64,000 bases of DNA, from positions 1,325 through 65,324 of the IMG/VR virus record IMGVR_UViG_3300036798_000504, one strand, 5' to 3'. This document shows, in pieces, positions 34,709 to 43,781 of this stretch. Below the pieces are notes generated by a model. That model did not search any database and was not told where the DNA came from. It worked only from the letters and a program-made list of their open reading frames with translations. The DNA comes from a virus (taxonomy: Duplodnaviria > Caudoviricetes). The translations under genes were made by a program, and so were the position numbers. Numbering within the stretch: the stretch's first letter is position 1; every line of letters begins with the position of its first letter.

Positions 34709-35109
34709 CCTTCCAGGAGAACCGCAACATCCCGTCGAGCCACCCGGGCCACGGCCAGGGCCCGGCGGGCGCGAGCCTCAGCGACATCCTGACGGCCGTG
34801 AAGAACGTCGCCGTCAACATCGCCAACCTCGGGCAGACCATGCTGGCGATCAACGGTCAGCAGACAGCGCCTGCGCTGGCCGCCGCGGCGCTGGTGAAGC
34901 AGGGCGCCGGCCGGGTGGCGTTCGTCAACGTCACCATCGCCGGCGCCGCGCCGGGCTCAGTCATCGACGCCAACAGCGTCGGCGCGACGAGCCCGGTGCT
35001 CTACGTGATCCCCAACGTGGTCGGCTCGACCTTCGTGAATCTGCCCTACAGCTTCGGGCTGGTGGTGATCCCCGGGACCGGCCAGACCGTGACCGTGAGC
35101 TACTCCTGA
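34705..35109 (+). CDS. Hypothetical virion protein
   Basis: ATGA/TGATG coupled. Confidence 0.7.
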   Translation: MTFQENRNIPSSHPGHGQGPAGASLSDILTAVKNVAVNIANLGQTMLAINGQQTAPALAAAALVKQGAGRVAFVNVTIAGAAPGSVIDANSVGATSPVLYVIPNVVGSTFVNLPYSFGLVVIPGTGQTVTVSYS

Positions 35110-38100
35110 TGCCGCTCGCGCATGGCTCCAGCGAGAAGACGATCAGCCGGAACATCTCCGAGATGCGGGCGAGCGGCCACCCGCGCGAGCAGGCCATCGC
35201 CGCGGCCCTGCGGACGGCGCGCGAGAGCCACGCCTGGGGCGGTCGCATCGCCCTGGCCAAGGGCGGCTTCCCGGACCCGGAGTTCGGCCAGGGCAGCGGC
35301 TACACGTCGGGCGCCATCCGCTCGCTGACCAAGCTGCCCATCATGGAGGCGCCCACGCCGCACGCGCCCGGGTCGCGCAACGTCGGCGAGGTCGGCAAGG
35401 AGTTGGTGGGCAAAGGACAGCGGTTCTGGAAGCGGCGCGGCGTCGCCAGCGGCAAGATCACCGCCGAGACCGCGACCCCCCGGCACAACGACGCGCTCGC
35501 CGAGGCGCTCGCCGACGAGACCGAGCACGCGCTCGCCGGCCGCGGCAACGCCGCCAACTGGTACTCGGAGAAGTTCGAAGAGGCCAAGCGCGTGGCGGCG
35601 CTCACCCACCCGGAGATCATGCACGACCCGCATGCGCTGAGCGCCTGGGCGGCGGCGCTGGCGATCACCAGCCAGGGCGAGAAGGTGCATCGGAACGCCG
35701 AACTGGCCGACCAGATGTATCAGCGCTTCAAGGACAAGGGCGGCCGCTTCGCGATGGACGACGACGACATGCCGTCCGCCGACAAGAAGAAGATCGCCTC
35801 CAAGAACGTCACCCCGATGGTGTCCAACTTCAGGAAGTACGACGCCCTCGTCGACTACCACGCCAAGAATCGCGACGACGGGAACGGCCACGCCGGCGCC
35901 TACGAGTTCCTGAACAAGCCGATGAAGGGTCGCGACCTCGCCGCGGCCGGCTTCAAGGGCGGCCAACTCGAAGCGACCGGCTTCAAGAAACCGAGCGGCA
36001 TCACGATGGACGCCGACACCCACGGCTCGGCGATCTTCGGCGGCAAGATCGGCGGCGGCTTCTACCAGAACCTGATGGGTAACTATCATCCGGTGACCCA
36101 AGACCTGTGGTTCATGCGGACCTTCGGGCGGCTGACCGGCACCCTGATGGACACGGTGAAGACCGAGAAGGGCCGCCAGCAGGCCTACGACCGGGTCCGG
36201 GATGCGCTGGACAAGCTGCGCCTCAACGAGCCGGGCCCGACCGACAACGAGGGGCTGGCCGAGCATGCGAAGAAGTATGCCAGCCAGCACGAGCGCGACT
36301 TCGCCAAATACCGGGCCAAGTACGACAGCGGCGAGCTTACCAAGGACGAGATTCACCACGCCTCAGAGCGGCTGGTGAACATGCTGCATGGCGTCAACGA
36401 GATGCCGGGCGGCGGTCGCGACCGGCAGTGGCGCGCCGCCATCGTCAACAAGGCGCGACATATTCTGCAAAAGCGCGGTCACCACATCACCAACGCAGAC
36501 CTGCAGGCTACCATATGGTATCCAGAGAAAGACCTCTGGAAGCACATGGGTTCGACCGGAGGGTCCTCGGGTTCCGAGGGCAACAACGTCGACTACTCGC
36601 AGGCGCAGCAGCGCATCGCACGTCAACGAGGACACTCGGATGCCCACATCGAACAGGCCCTCGGACGGCCCCTCGATCACGACGAGAAGTTCGCACCGCC
36701 TGCCCAAGCGCAACCCAACGATCCACGAGATGCTCTCGGAGGACCCGGACCCGCCGGGGGAAACCGTGATGTCCCGGGAGGAAATCCGGCGGGCGGTGGA
36801 GCGCTCGGCCCACCTGATCAGCCCGCAGCACCACCGCCACCGCCGCAGCTAACCGGCGGCCTCGCCGCTGGCGGCCGCGCCGGCTTCCAGGAGGGCGGCG
36901 AGGTCGGGCCCCAGGGCTTCTACAGCCAGGGCGCCAGGGCGGCGATGGCGCTGCCGCAGGCCAAGGGCACGCCGCAGCAGATGATGGCCTCGCTGAAGGG
37001 CGTGAAGCCCGACGAGATGAAGTGGTCGGGCGTGCAGGACGCCTTCGCGGGCCAAAAGAGCGTCACCAAGGATCAGATCGCCCAGCACTTCCGGCAGGCG
37101 CAGCCGCAGATCGATGAGACGCTGCTCGCCGACCGTTACGGCTACAACGGTATGCCCACGGAGTACCGCCAATACACGATCCCCGGTGGCCGCAACTACC
37201 GCGAACTACTGCTGCACCTGCCTGAAGCGGGCCGCGGAGACCCGCTGCCGGACAAGCAGGCGTGGGCCGAGCACGGCCCTGCCAATCGAGCGCTGACGGA
37301 ACGGGAGCAGGCGGTTCGGGGCGCCTTTGCCAACGTCAAGCATGCGACCGATCCGCGGTTGCCGGGATATGCGGATGAGTTCGAAGCGATTGGGCGCGAG
37401 CGCAAGGCGCTGGCCGAGCGGATGGTCGCTGACACCAAGGCCAGGGTCCCGCCCTGGATGCGCCGGTCGCGCACCTACAACTCATCCCACTGGCACGTGC
37501 CCAACGTCCTGGCCCACCTACGCATGTCGGATCGCCACGGCCAGAACGGCGAGAAGCTGCTGCACCTTGAAGAACTGCAGAGCGACTGGGGCCAGGAGGC
37601 CAGGACGGAGGGGCTTCACGACCCGGCCAAAGCCGAGGCGGCGAAGGCGCGTTTGAACGAGTTAGAGCGTGAGCGGTCGTCGCTCCGTCATCGCATCTAC
37701 CAACCAGATACGACCCCCGAGGAGGATAAGCGATGGTCAGACCTCGGCTGGGAGCTTGATGACGCCGTCGACGCAGCCGACCGCGCCACGCAAGGTCGTC
37801 CGAACGCGCCCTACATCGGCAAGACCGAGGGCTGGACCGACCTCGGCCTGAAGCGCCTGCTGCACGAAGCGGCGCAGGGCGGCTACCACAAGGTGATGTG
37901 GACGCCCGGCCAGGATCAGGCCGACAGGTACGGCCTCGAAAAGCACCTCAAAGCCATCGATCTGCGGGAAACTATGGGTGGCCCACGCCTGGAAGTGCAT
38001 CAGCACAGCGGCCGCCGGCAGGTCTACTTCCCTGAAAACGACGAAGAGATCGGTCGCCTCCTCGGCAAGGAGACGGCTCAAAAGCTGCTGGCGGGCCGCA

Positions 38101-38894
38101 ACGAGAGCGGCGATTCGACCCTTGAGGGCCTCGACCTGAAGACCGGCGGCGAGGGGATGAAGGGCTACTACGACAACATCCTGCCCAAGCGGCTGCTGGC
38201 GCTGGCCAGGGAGCACGACCCGCAGGCGTCGCTCAGCGGGCAGTATCTCGATCCCGAAGGCATGGGCGACAAGGCGTCGGAGTACGCCACCAAGCCGTTC
38301 CCGGCGCTCACCATCACGCCGCAGATGCGCGCGAGCATCCTGAAGAACGGCTTCAAGGCCTACGCCTTCGGCGGCCGAGCGGCGCGCGCCGAGGGCGGCG
38401 GCTTCCCGCACGCCACCAAGCCGCTGCTGTTCCACTCCAACCTGCACCACCACCTGCACGTGGGGCCCATCCACTCGCACGTCTCGGGCCGCACCGATCA
38501 CCTGCCGATGCACGTGCCGTCGGGCTCCTACGTGCTGCCGGCCGACGTGGTCAGCGCCCACGGCGAGGGCAACACGATGGCCGGCTTTAAGGTCATGCAC
38601 CGCCTCTTCGGTGGTGCGCCCTACGGCGGCCACGGCGGCCCCTACGGCCAGGGCGGCGGTCCCTACGGGGAGGCGCTGCAGAACGAATCGCGCGGCGGCC
38701 GGGCGGTTGGCGACGACCGCGGCGTGCCCATCGTGGCGGCGGGCGGCGAGTACGTGCTCTCGCCCGGCCAAGTGCGCGCGGTCGGCAGGGGTGACCCCGA
38801 GGTCGGCTGCAAGGTGCTCGACGAGTTCGTGAAGCGCAGCCGGGCCAAGAACATAAAGACGCTGCAGAAACTGCCGGGGCCAGCGAAGGACTGA
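35109..38894 (+). CDS. Large multidomain (polyvalent) internal virion protein
   Basis: N-terminal SSEKTISRNISE domain; glycosylase-like block (NWY...AITSQ...VTQDLWFMR...LQATIW); GGRNYRELL...EELQSDW block; C-terminal GRTDHLP...GEYV domain; blocks separated by AxGG motifs. Confidence 0.8.
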   Translation: MPLAHGSSEKTISRNISEMRASGHPREQAIAAALRTARESHAWGGRIALAKGGFPDPEFGQGSGYTSGAIRSLTKLPIMEAPTPHAPGSRNVGEVGKELVGKGQRFWKRRGVASGKITAETATPRHNDALAEALADETEHALAGRGNAANWYSEKFEEAKRVAALTHPEIMHDPHALSAWAAALAITSQGEKVHRNAELADQMYQRFKDKGGRFAMDDDDMPSADKKKIASKNVTPMVSNFRKYDALVDYHAKNRDDGNGHAGAYEFLNKPMKGRDLAAAGFKGGQLEATGFKKPSGITMDADTHGSAIFGGKIGGGFYQNLMGNYHPVTQDLWFMRTFGRLTGTLMDTVKTEKGRQQAYDRVRDALDKLRLNEPGPTDNEGLAEHAKKYASQHERDFAKYRAKYDSGELTKDEIHHASERLVNMLHGVNEMPGGGRDRQWRAAIVNKARHILQKRGHHITNADLQATIWYPEKDLWKHMGSTGGSSGSEGNNVDYSQAQQRIARQRGHSDAHIEQALGRPLDHDEKFAPPAQAQPNDPRDALGGPGPAGGNRDVPGGNPAGGGALGPPDQPAAPPPPPQLTGGLAAGGRAGFQEGGEVGPQGFYSQGARAAMALPQAKGTPQQMMASLKGVKPDEMKWSGVQDAFAGQKSVTKDQIAQHFRQAQPQIDETLLADRYGYNGMPTEYRQYTIPGGRNYRELLLHLPEAGRGDPLPDKQAWAEHGPANRALTEREQAVRGAFANVKHATDPRLPGYADEFEAIGRERKALAERMVADTKARVPPWMRRSRTYNSSHWHVPNVLAHLRMSDRHGQNGEKLLHLEELQSDWGQEARTEGLHDPAKAEAAKARLNELERERSSLRHRIYQPDTTPEEDKRWSDLGWELDDAVDAADRATQGRPNAPYIGKTEGWTDLGLKRLLHEAAQGGYHKVMWTPGQDQADRYGLEKHLKAIDLRETMGGPRLEVHQHSGRRQVYFPENDEEIGRLLGKETAQKLLAGRNESGDSTLEGLDLKTGGEGMKGYYDNILPKRLLALAREHDPQASLSGQYLDPEGMGDKASEYATKPFPALTITPQMRASILKNGFKAYAFGGRAARAEGGGFPHATKPLLFHSNLHHHLHVGPIHSHVSGRTDHLPMHVPSGSYVLPADVVSAHGEGNTMAGFKVMHRLFGGAPYGGHGGPYGQGGGPYGEALQNESRGGRAVGDDRGVPIVAAGGEYVLSPGQVRAVGRGDPEVGCKVLDEFVKRSRAKNIKTLQKLPGPAKD

Positions 38895-38898
38895 TCCG

Positions 38899-39456
38899 AT
38901 GGCGGACGACAGCCACGAGCTTCAGGACGGCGTGGCGCTCACCGCCATCAGCCACCCGGATCAGCGCGACCCGCATCCGCACGTGCGCACCGGCACGCCG
39001 GCCGAGGTCGACGAGGTGATGAAGCTGGCGATCATGGGGTGCGAAGAGAATCAGTTCGTCCCCCACAACCCGATCAAGGTGCTGCAGGACGTGTGGGCCG
39101 CGCTCAACCTCGACAAAGGCATCGTCGGGGTGATCGGGCCGCCCGGCGGCCAGCTTGAGGGCGCTGTCCTCTTGCGCATCGGTCAGGTTTGGTACAGCGA
39201 TGCGCCTCACATCGAGGAGAGGGCGATCTTCGTGCATCCCGCCTTCCGCGGCGCGCGCGGGGGTCGGGCCGCGCGTCTCGCGGAGTTCTCGATGGACCTC
39301 GCCGACAAGCTCGGGATGCCGCTCTCCATAGGGGTCCTGTCGGACCACCGGACAGCCGCCAAGGTCCGGCTCTACTCGCGCATCATGGGCAAGCCCTCGG
39401 GCGCATACTGGATATACTGGCCCGGTAGCCGCGCCGTGCAAGCCGAGACCGGCTGA
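38899..39456 (+). CDS. GNAT-fold acetyltransferase-like protein
   Basis: IEERAIFVHPAFRGARGGRAARL motif A; positioned like P22 gp14 before the ejection proteins. Confidence 0.7.
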   Translation: MADDSHELQDGVALTAISHPDQRDPHPHVRTGTPAEVDEVMKLAIMGCEENQFVPHNPIKVLQDVWAALNLDKGIVGVIGPPGGQLEGAVLLRIGQVWYSDAPHIEERAIFVHPAFRGARGGRAARLAEFSMDLADKLGMPLSIGVLSDHRTAAKVRLYSRIMGKPSGAYWIYWPGSRAVQAETG

Positions 39457-42400
39457 TGGGCGGTAAAACTTCTACGAGTACTTCTCAGGTTGCGATACCA
39501 CCGGAGGTACTCGCCCGCTACAACAGCGTGAACGCGCAGGCCCAGCAGACCGCGGGCACGCCGTTCCAGCAGTATTCGACCGATCCCTCGGCCTTCGTCG
39601 CCCCGATCAACCCCACCCAGCAGGCGGGGATCGAGCAGACGATGGGCGCCGCCAACATGGCGCAGCCCTACTACAACGCCGCCACCGGGTTCGCGATGGC
39701 CGGCTCCCAGGCGGTCAACCCCTCTGCGCTGAACACCCCGGCCTACATGAACCCGTACCTCAACACGGTGCTGGGCTCGACGGCGGCGCTGATCAACCAG
39801 TCGAACGCCCAGGCGATGTCCGGCCAGACCGGCAACGCGATGCAGCAGGGGTACTTCGGCGGCGACCGCTCGGGGATCGCCAGCGCGGTGCTGCAGGGCC
39901 AGCAGAACCTCGCCGCCGGCCAGACCTACTCAGGCATCGCCTCCGACGCCTACAACCAAGCGATGGCCGCTGCGCAGCAGCAGCAGGGCGTCGGGCTCTC
40001 GGCCGAGCAGGCGAACCGCGCCGCGCTGCAGCAGACCGGCGAGACGCTGGCTGGCTTCGGCGGCGCGGCGCAAGGCGCCGCCCTCTCGGGCGCGCAGGCC
40101 GAACTGGGGGCCGGCACCACGGCGCAGCAGACCCAGCAGGCCGGCGACACTGCACTGTATAACCAGTTCCTTCAACAGCAAAGCTACCCGTTCCAGGTGG
40201 CTCAGTTCTTGGCCAATATTGCCGAAGGTACTGGCGCTCTCTCTGGTTCTACTACAACTACTCAACAACCACAGTCGATCTTCTCGGACGAGCGGCTCAA
40301 GGAGGACATGGTCCCGGTCGGGGTCGGCTTCGACGGGGCCAACATCTACCGCTTCCGCTACCGCGGCGATCCGACCACCCGCATCGGCTTCAGCGCCCAG
40401 GAGATGGCGCGGCTGCACCCCGAAGCCGTCCACACGACGCCCTCGGGCTTCCTGGCGGTCGACTACGGGCGCGCGACCGACGCCGCGGCCGGCTTCGCGC
40501 GGGCGGCCAACGACAACTACGGCGACGAGCCCGAGCGCCGCCGCATGGCGGCTGGCGGTCGCGCCGGCTTCCAGGGCGGCGGCGGCATGCCGCTCTCCAT
40601 GCAGCCCGGCATCTCGGGGGCCGCGAACCCCTACGACATGGCGATGATCCTGCAGGCGCAGCAGCAGGGCTACGCGCCGTTCTCCCAGGCCGGGCTCTAC
40701 GGCGGCCAGTCGAGTGGTGGGCCCTACGGCGGCGTGCAGGGCCACGTGCCGGCGGCGAACCTGCCGGTCGGCCACCTGCAGGTCGCCAGCCCGCCGCCGG
40801 CCCAGCAGAGCAGCCTATCCAGCGACCTGAAGAGCGTGGCGTCTCTCGCCGACGACGCCGAGGGTCTGAAGAGCGACTACCACCTCGCCCACGAGGGCTA
40901 CGACAAGCTCCGGGGCTTCGTCGGCGGCGGTGGAGATGGAGATGGACAGATGACCGGACCCCCCAACGCCCGGGGCGGGCGGATCGGGCGCGCACCCGGC
41001 GGCCTGACCGCGGCGGACTACGCCGCCCAGGCGCGCCAACAGGCGGCCATATCGAGGATTCGCGCGCTCGGCGCCCAGGCGCACGCGCACATCGCGGCGC
41101 GCAACGCCGCCGCCCAACGCAACGGCGGCATCGACTGGAGCGGCATCAACCAGGGGCTCGACCGCTTCGCCGGCAACATGTCGGGCGGCCTGAGTAACTG
41201 GGCCGGCCATCCGATGAACGCGCCCGATCCCCGCGCCGCCGCCGGCAACGCGGCCGTGGGCAGCGTGTGGCACGGCCTGGATCACTACCTGGGCAACGTC
41301 GCCGACACGCTGTCAGGAGGCGCCAATAGTTGGGTCGACCACCCGATGTGGGGCCCTGGCCAGCAGGGCGCCGAGGCGGGCCTCGGCGTCGGCCGTGCTG
41401 CGGCGGCGCAGATCGGAGCCGCCAGGGCAGCCGCGATCCACCACCACACGCAGCAGGCCCAGGCGCATGCCGCGGTGGCACAGCAACTTGCAGCGCCGAC
41501 CGCCTCGGCGCCCGGCGCGGCCTCGCCGAGCCTCGCCAGCGCCACCGGCCTGCCGAGCAATAGGGCGCCGGTCACGCCAATCGACATCGGCGACGTGTCC
41601 AACCTGCAGCCCGGCTTCGCGCCCGCCAACATGCACGCCTACAACCCCAACATCTTCCAGCGCTTCGGCAACTGGGTCGGGGACGAGCTACACGGCGCTG
41701 GCCAAGCGCTGGCCCAGCCCGGCCAGACGCGCGCGATGGTTCAGGACGCCCGCAACCTCGACACCGCGCCGGGCGCCATGAGCGAGGCGTTCCACCCGCA
41801 GGCCAACGCGCAGGTGGGCCCGGTGATGCAGAGCGAGGCCTTCCAGGATAGCCGGCCGGCGGTTGCGGCGCCGTCGGACCTCGTGCAGGCGGCGCCGATC
41901 TCAAGCGAGGCCTTCCAGCCGCGGGAACATCCCCCAGACCTTGCCGCGGCGATGGACGCCAATCCGCAACTGGCGGCGGCGCGGGGTGGCTTCGCACGCG
42001 CCGCCCGGCAGGCGGGCGGCGACATCTCCAGCCCGATGAACGACGACCCCTACAAGCCGCAGGGGGCGGGCCTGAACATCCCCACCTCGGAGACGCAGCA
42101 CCCGCAACTGGCCGTCGCCAAGCCGCCCGGCCAGCAAGACAGCGGTCTCAGCAGCGCCCTCGGGGACGCCGCCAGCATCGCTAAGATCGCTGCGCTGTTC
42201 GCAGCGCGTGGAGGCCGCATCGGCCGAGACGGCGGCGGGCCTGTCACCGAGCCTGCCGCCGATGATGACACCGCATCGGTGACACCGAAGACCCCGCTGC
42301 ACGACGCCGCCCAGACCCCGGCAGCGGCAGCGGCCGACGATGCTACGACCCCGGAGGCCCCGCCGCCGAAGCAACCCGGCTTCGGCGAGGCCGGGCAGCC

Positions 42401-43781
42401 TCCTGAAGGCCATCAAGGCTTCCTGCCCAGCCTGTTCCACGGGGTCGAGAAGCTCGGGCAAGGGCTGGCCGGCGCGGCCGGCTACGAGGGCGGCGGCAAG
42501 TGGAACCGCGACCAACTGATGCCACTGCTGTCGGCCATCGGCGCCGCCGGCTCAGTGCCGACCGTCCACCCGTTCGTGGCGCTGGCCGCCGGGCTCGGCG
42601 GCTACGGCAAAGCCTACATGCAGCAGCAGCAGGCCGAGGCGGGGCTGAACCTGACCCAAGCGCAAGCGACGCGCGAGCAGCAGCAGGCCATCCCCGAATC
42701 GATCCGCCAGTACACGGGCATCGCGGACGGTCCCGCCATGACGCGCGACGGCCGTTTCGTCGACAAGAGCCGCACCTTCACGACGGGCGACGGCAAGGTG
42801 CATCACTACATCACCGCCGACGAGATGCTGGGGATGGGCGGCCAAGGTGGGGCCGGTGGCCAGACCGGCACGGCAGGCGCGACGATGCAGACCCAGCAGG
42901 GCGGCGTCGGCGGCGCCGGGGCGCCGGCTCAGCCAGTGTCGGCCGATTACTCGGGCGGCGGGCACCCGCGCTACACCCTCGGACCCTCCCAGCAGGAGAT
43001 CGCGCGCGCCGAAGAGCGGTACGGTGTCGACCCGAACGCCAGCGGCATCTCGAATCGCGTCCATCGGCAGATGGGCAACGTCCAGGTAACCGACGACGAG
43101 ATCGCCGCTGCCGGCAAGGTCGCCGACCAGTACGACGGCACGCTGAACGACGCCTCCAGCACGCAGCGCGCCCTGCTCGACAACGTGGCGCAGATTCAGA
43201 AGCTGCCCGAGAGCGGGCCGGGTGCCGTCGGCCCTGGCCAGGAGGAGCGTCAACTGGCGCTGTCGTCCTACAACATGATGCTGCGGATGTTCGGCCTGCA
43301 GGGCGACCCGTCCATCGACGACAACACGGCGACGACGCAAATCCTGCAGAAGCTCAGCGCCTTGCAGGGCGCTGCGAAGGCCAACCAGTTCGGGCAGCAC
43401 GCCGCGTCCATCGCGAACCAGCTTCAGGGCGTCATGCCGAGCGGCCACATGCAGAAGCCGGCCGCCTACAACCTCCTCAGCCAGATGCTGGTCGCCAACC
43501 AGCAGGACCGCGATTTCGCCAACTACCGAGGGCAATACCAGCGCCTGGGGGTCGGCGACTTCCAGTCGCTGGAAGCCTTCCACCGCGACTTCGACCCGAT
43601 CTACGCGCGCGAGAACAAGCAGTTGCAGTCGATGATGGCGCGCGGCTCCAAGGGCGGCCCGAGCATCTTCGAAGTGCTGCAGAACCGGCCCCAGGACATC
43701 CAGCGGTTCGAACAGGGCTGGACTGACGCGGGCGGCACGCATCACCAGGGCTTCGGCTACCTCGGGCGGTATTTGCAGTGA
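39456..43781 (+). CDS. DNA ejection (pilot) protein with an internal peptidase S74 chaperone domain
   Basis: MGGKTSTSTSQ N-terminus, YMNPY, Q/A/G-rich helices; SDERLKEDM...IYRFRY...GFSAQE...AVDY at about 40284-40470. Confidence 0.8.
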   Translation: MGGKTSTSTSQVAIPPEVLARYNSVNAQAQQTAGTPFQQYSTDPSAFVAPINPTQQAGIEQTMGAANMAQPYYNAATGFAMAGSQAVNPSALNTPAYMNPYLNTVLGSTAALINQSNAQAMSGQTGNAMQQGYFGGDRSGIASAVLQGQQNLAAGQTYSGIASDAYNQAMAAAQQQQGVGLSAEQANRAALQQTGETLAGFGGAAQGAALSGAQAELGAGTTAQQTQQAGDTALYNQFLQQQSYPFQVAQFLANIAEGTGALSGSTTTTQQPQSIFSDERLKEDMVPVGVGFDGANIYRFRYRGDPTTRIGFSAQEMARLHPEAVHTTPSGFLAVDYGRATDAAAGFARAANDNYGDEPERRRMAAGGRAGFQGGGGMPLSMQPGISGAANPYDMAMILQAQQQGYAPFSQAGLYGGQSSGGPYGGVQGHVPAANLPVGHLQVASPPPAQQSSLSSDLKSVASLADDAEGLKSDYHLAHEGYDKLRGFVGGGGDGDGQMTGPPNARGGRIGRAPGGLTAADYAAQARQQAAISRIRALGAQAHAHIAARNAAAQRNGGIDWSGINQGLDRFAGNMSGGLSNWAGHPMNAPDPRAAAGNAAVGSVWHGLDHYLGNVADTLSGGANSWVDHPMWGPGQQGAEAGLGVGRAAAAQIGAARAAAIHHHTQQAQAHAAVAQQLAAPTASAPGAASPSLASATGLPSNRAPVTPIDIGDVSNLQPGFAPANMHAYNPNIFQRFGNWVGDELHGAGQALAQPGQTRAMVQDARNLDTAPGAMSEAFHPQANAQVGPVMQSEAFQDSRPAVAAPSDLVQAAPISSEAFQPREHPPDLAAAMDANPQLAAARGGFARAARQAGGDISSPMNDDPYKPQGAGLNIPTSETQHPQLAVAKPPGQQDSGLSSALGDAASIAKIAALFAARGGRIGRDGGGPVTEPAADDDTASVTPKTPLHDAAQTPAAAAADDATTPEAPPPKQPGFGEAGQPPEGHQGFLPSLFHGVEKLGQGLAGAAGYEGGGKWNRDQLMPLLSAIGAAGSVPTVHPFVALAAGLGGYGKAYMQQQQAEAGLNLTQAQATREQQQAIPESIRQYTGIADGPAMTRDGRFVDKSRTFTTGDGKVHHYITADEMLGMGGQGGAGGQTGTAGATMQTQQGGVGGAGAPAQPVSADYSGGGHPRYTLGPSQQEIARAEERYGVDPNASGISNRVHRQMGNVQVTDDEIAAAGKVADQYDGTLNDASSTQRALLDNVAQIQKLPESGPGAVGPGQEERQLALSSYNMMLRMFGLQGDPSIDDNTATTQILQKLSALQGAAKANQFGQHAASIANQLQGVMPSGHMQKPAAYNLLSQMLVANQQDRDFANYRGQYQRLGVGDFQSLEAFHRDFDPIYARENKQLQSMMARGSKGGPSIFEVLQNRPQDIQRFEQGWTDAGGTHHQGFGYLGRYLQ

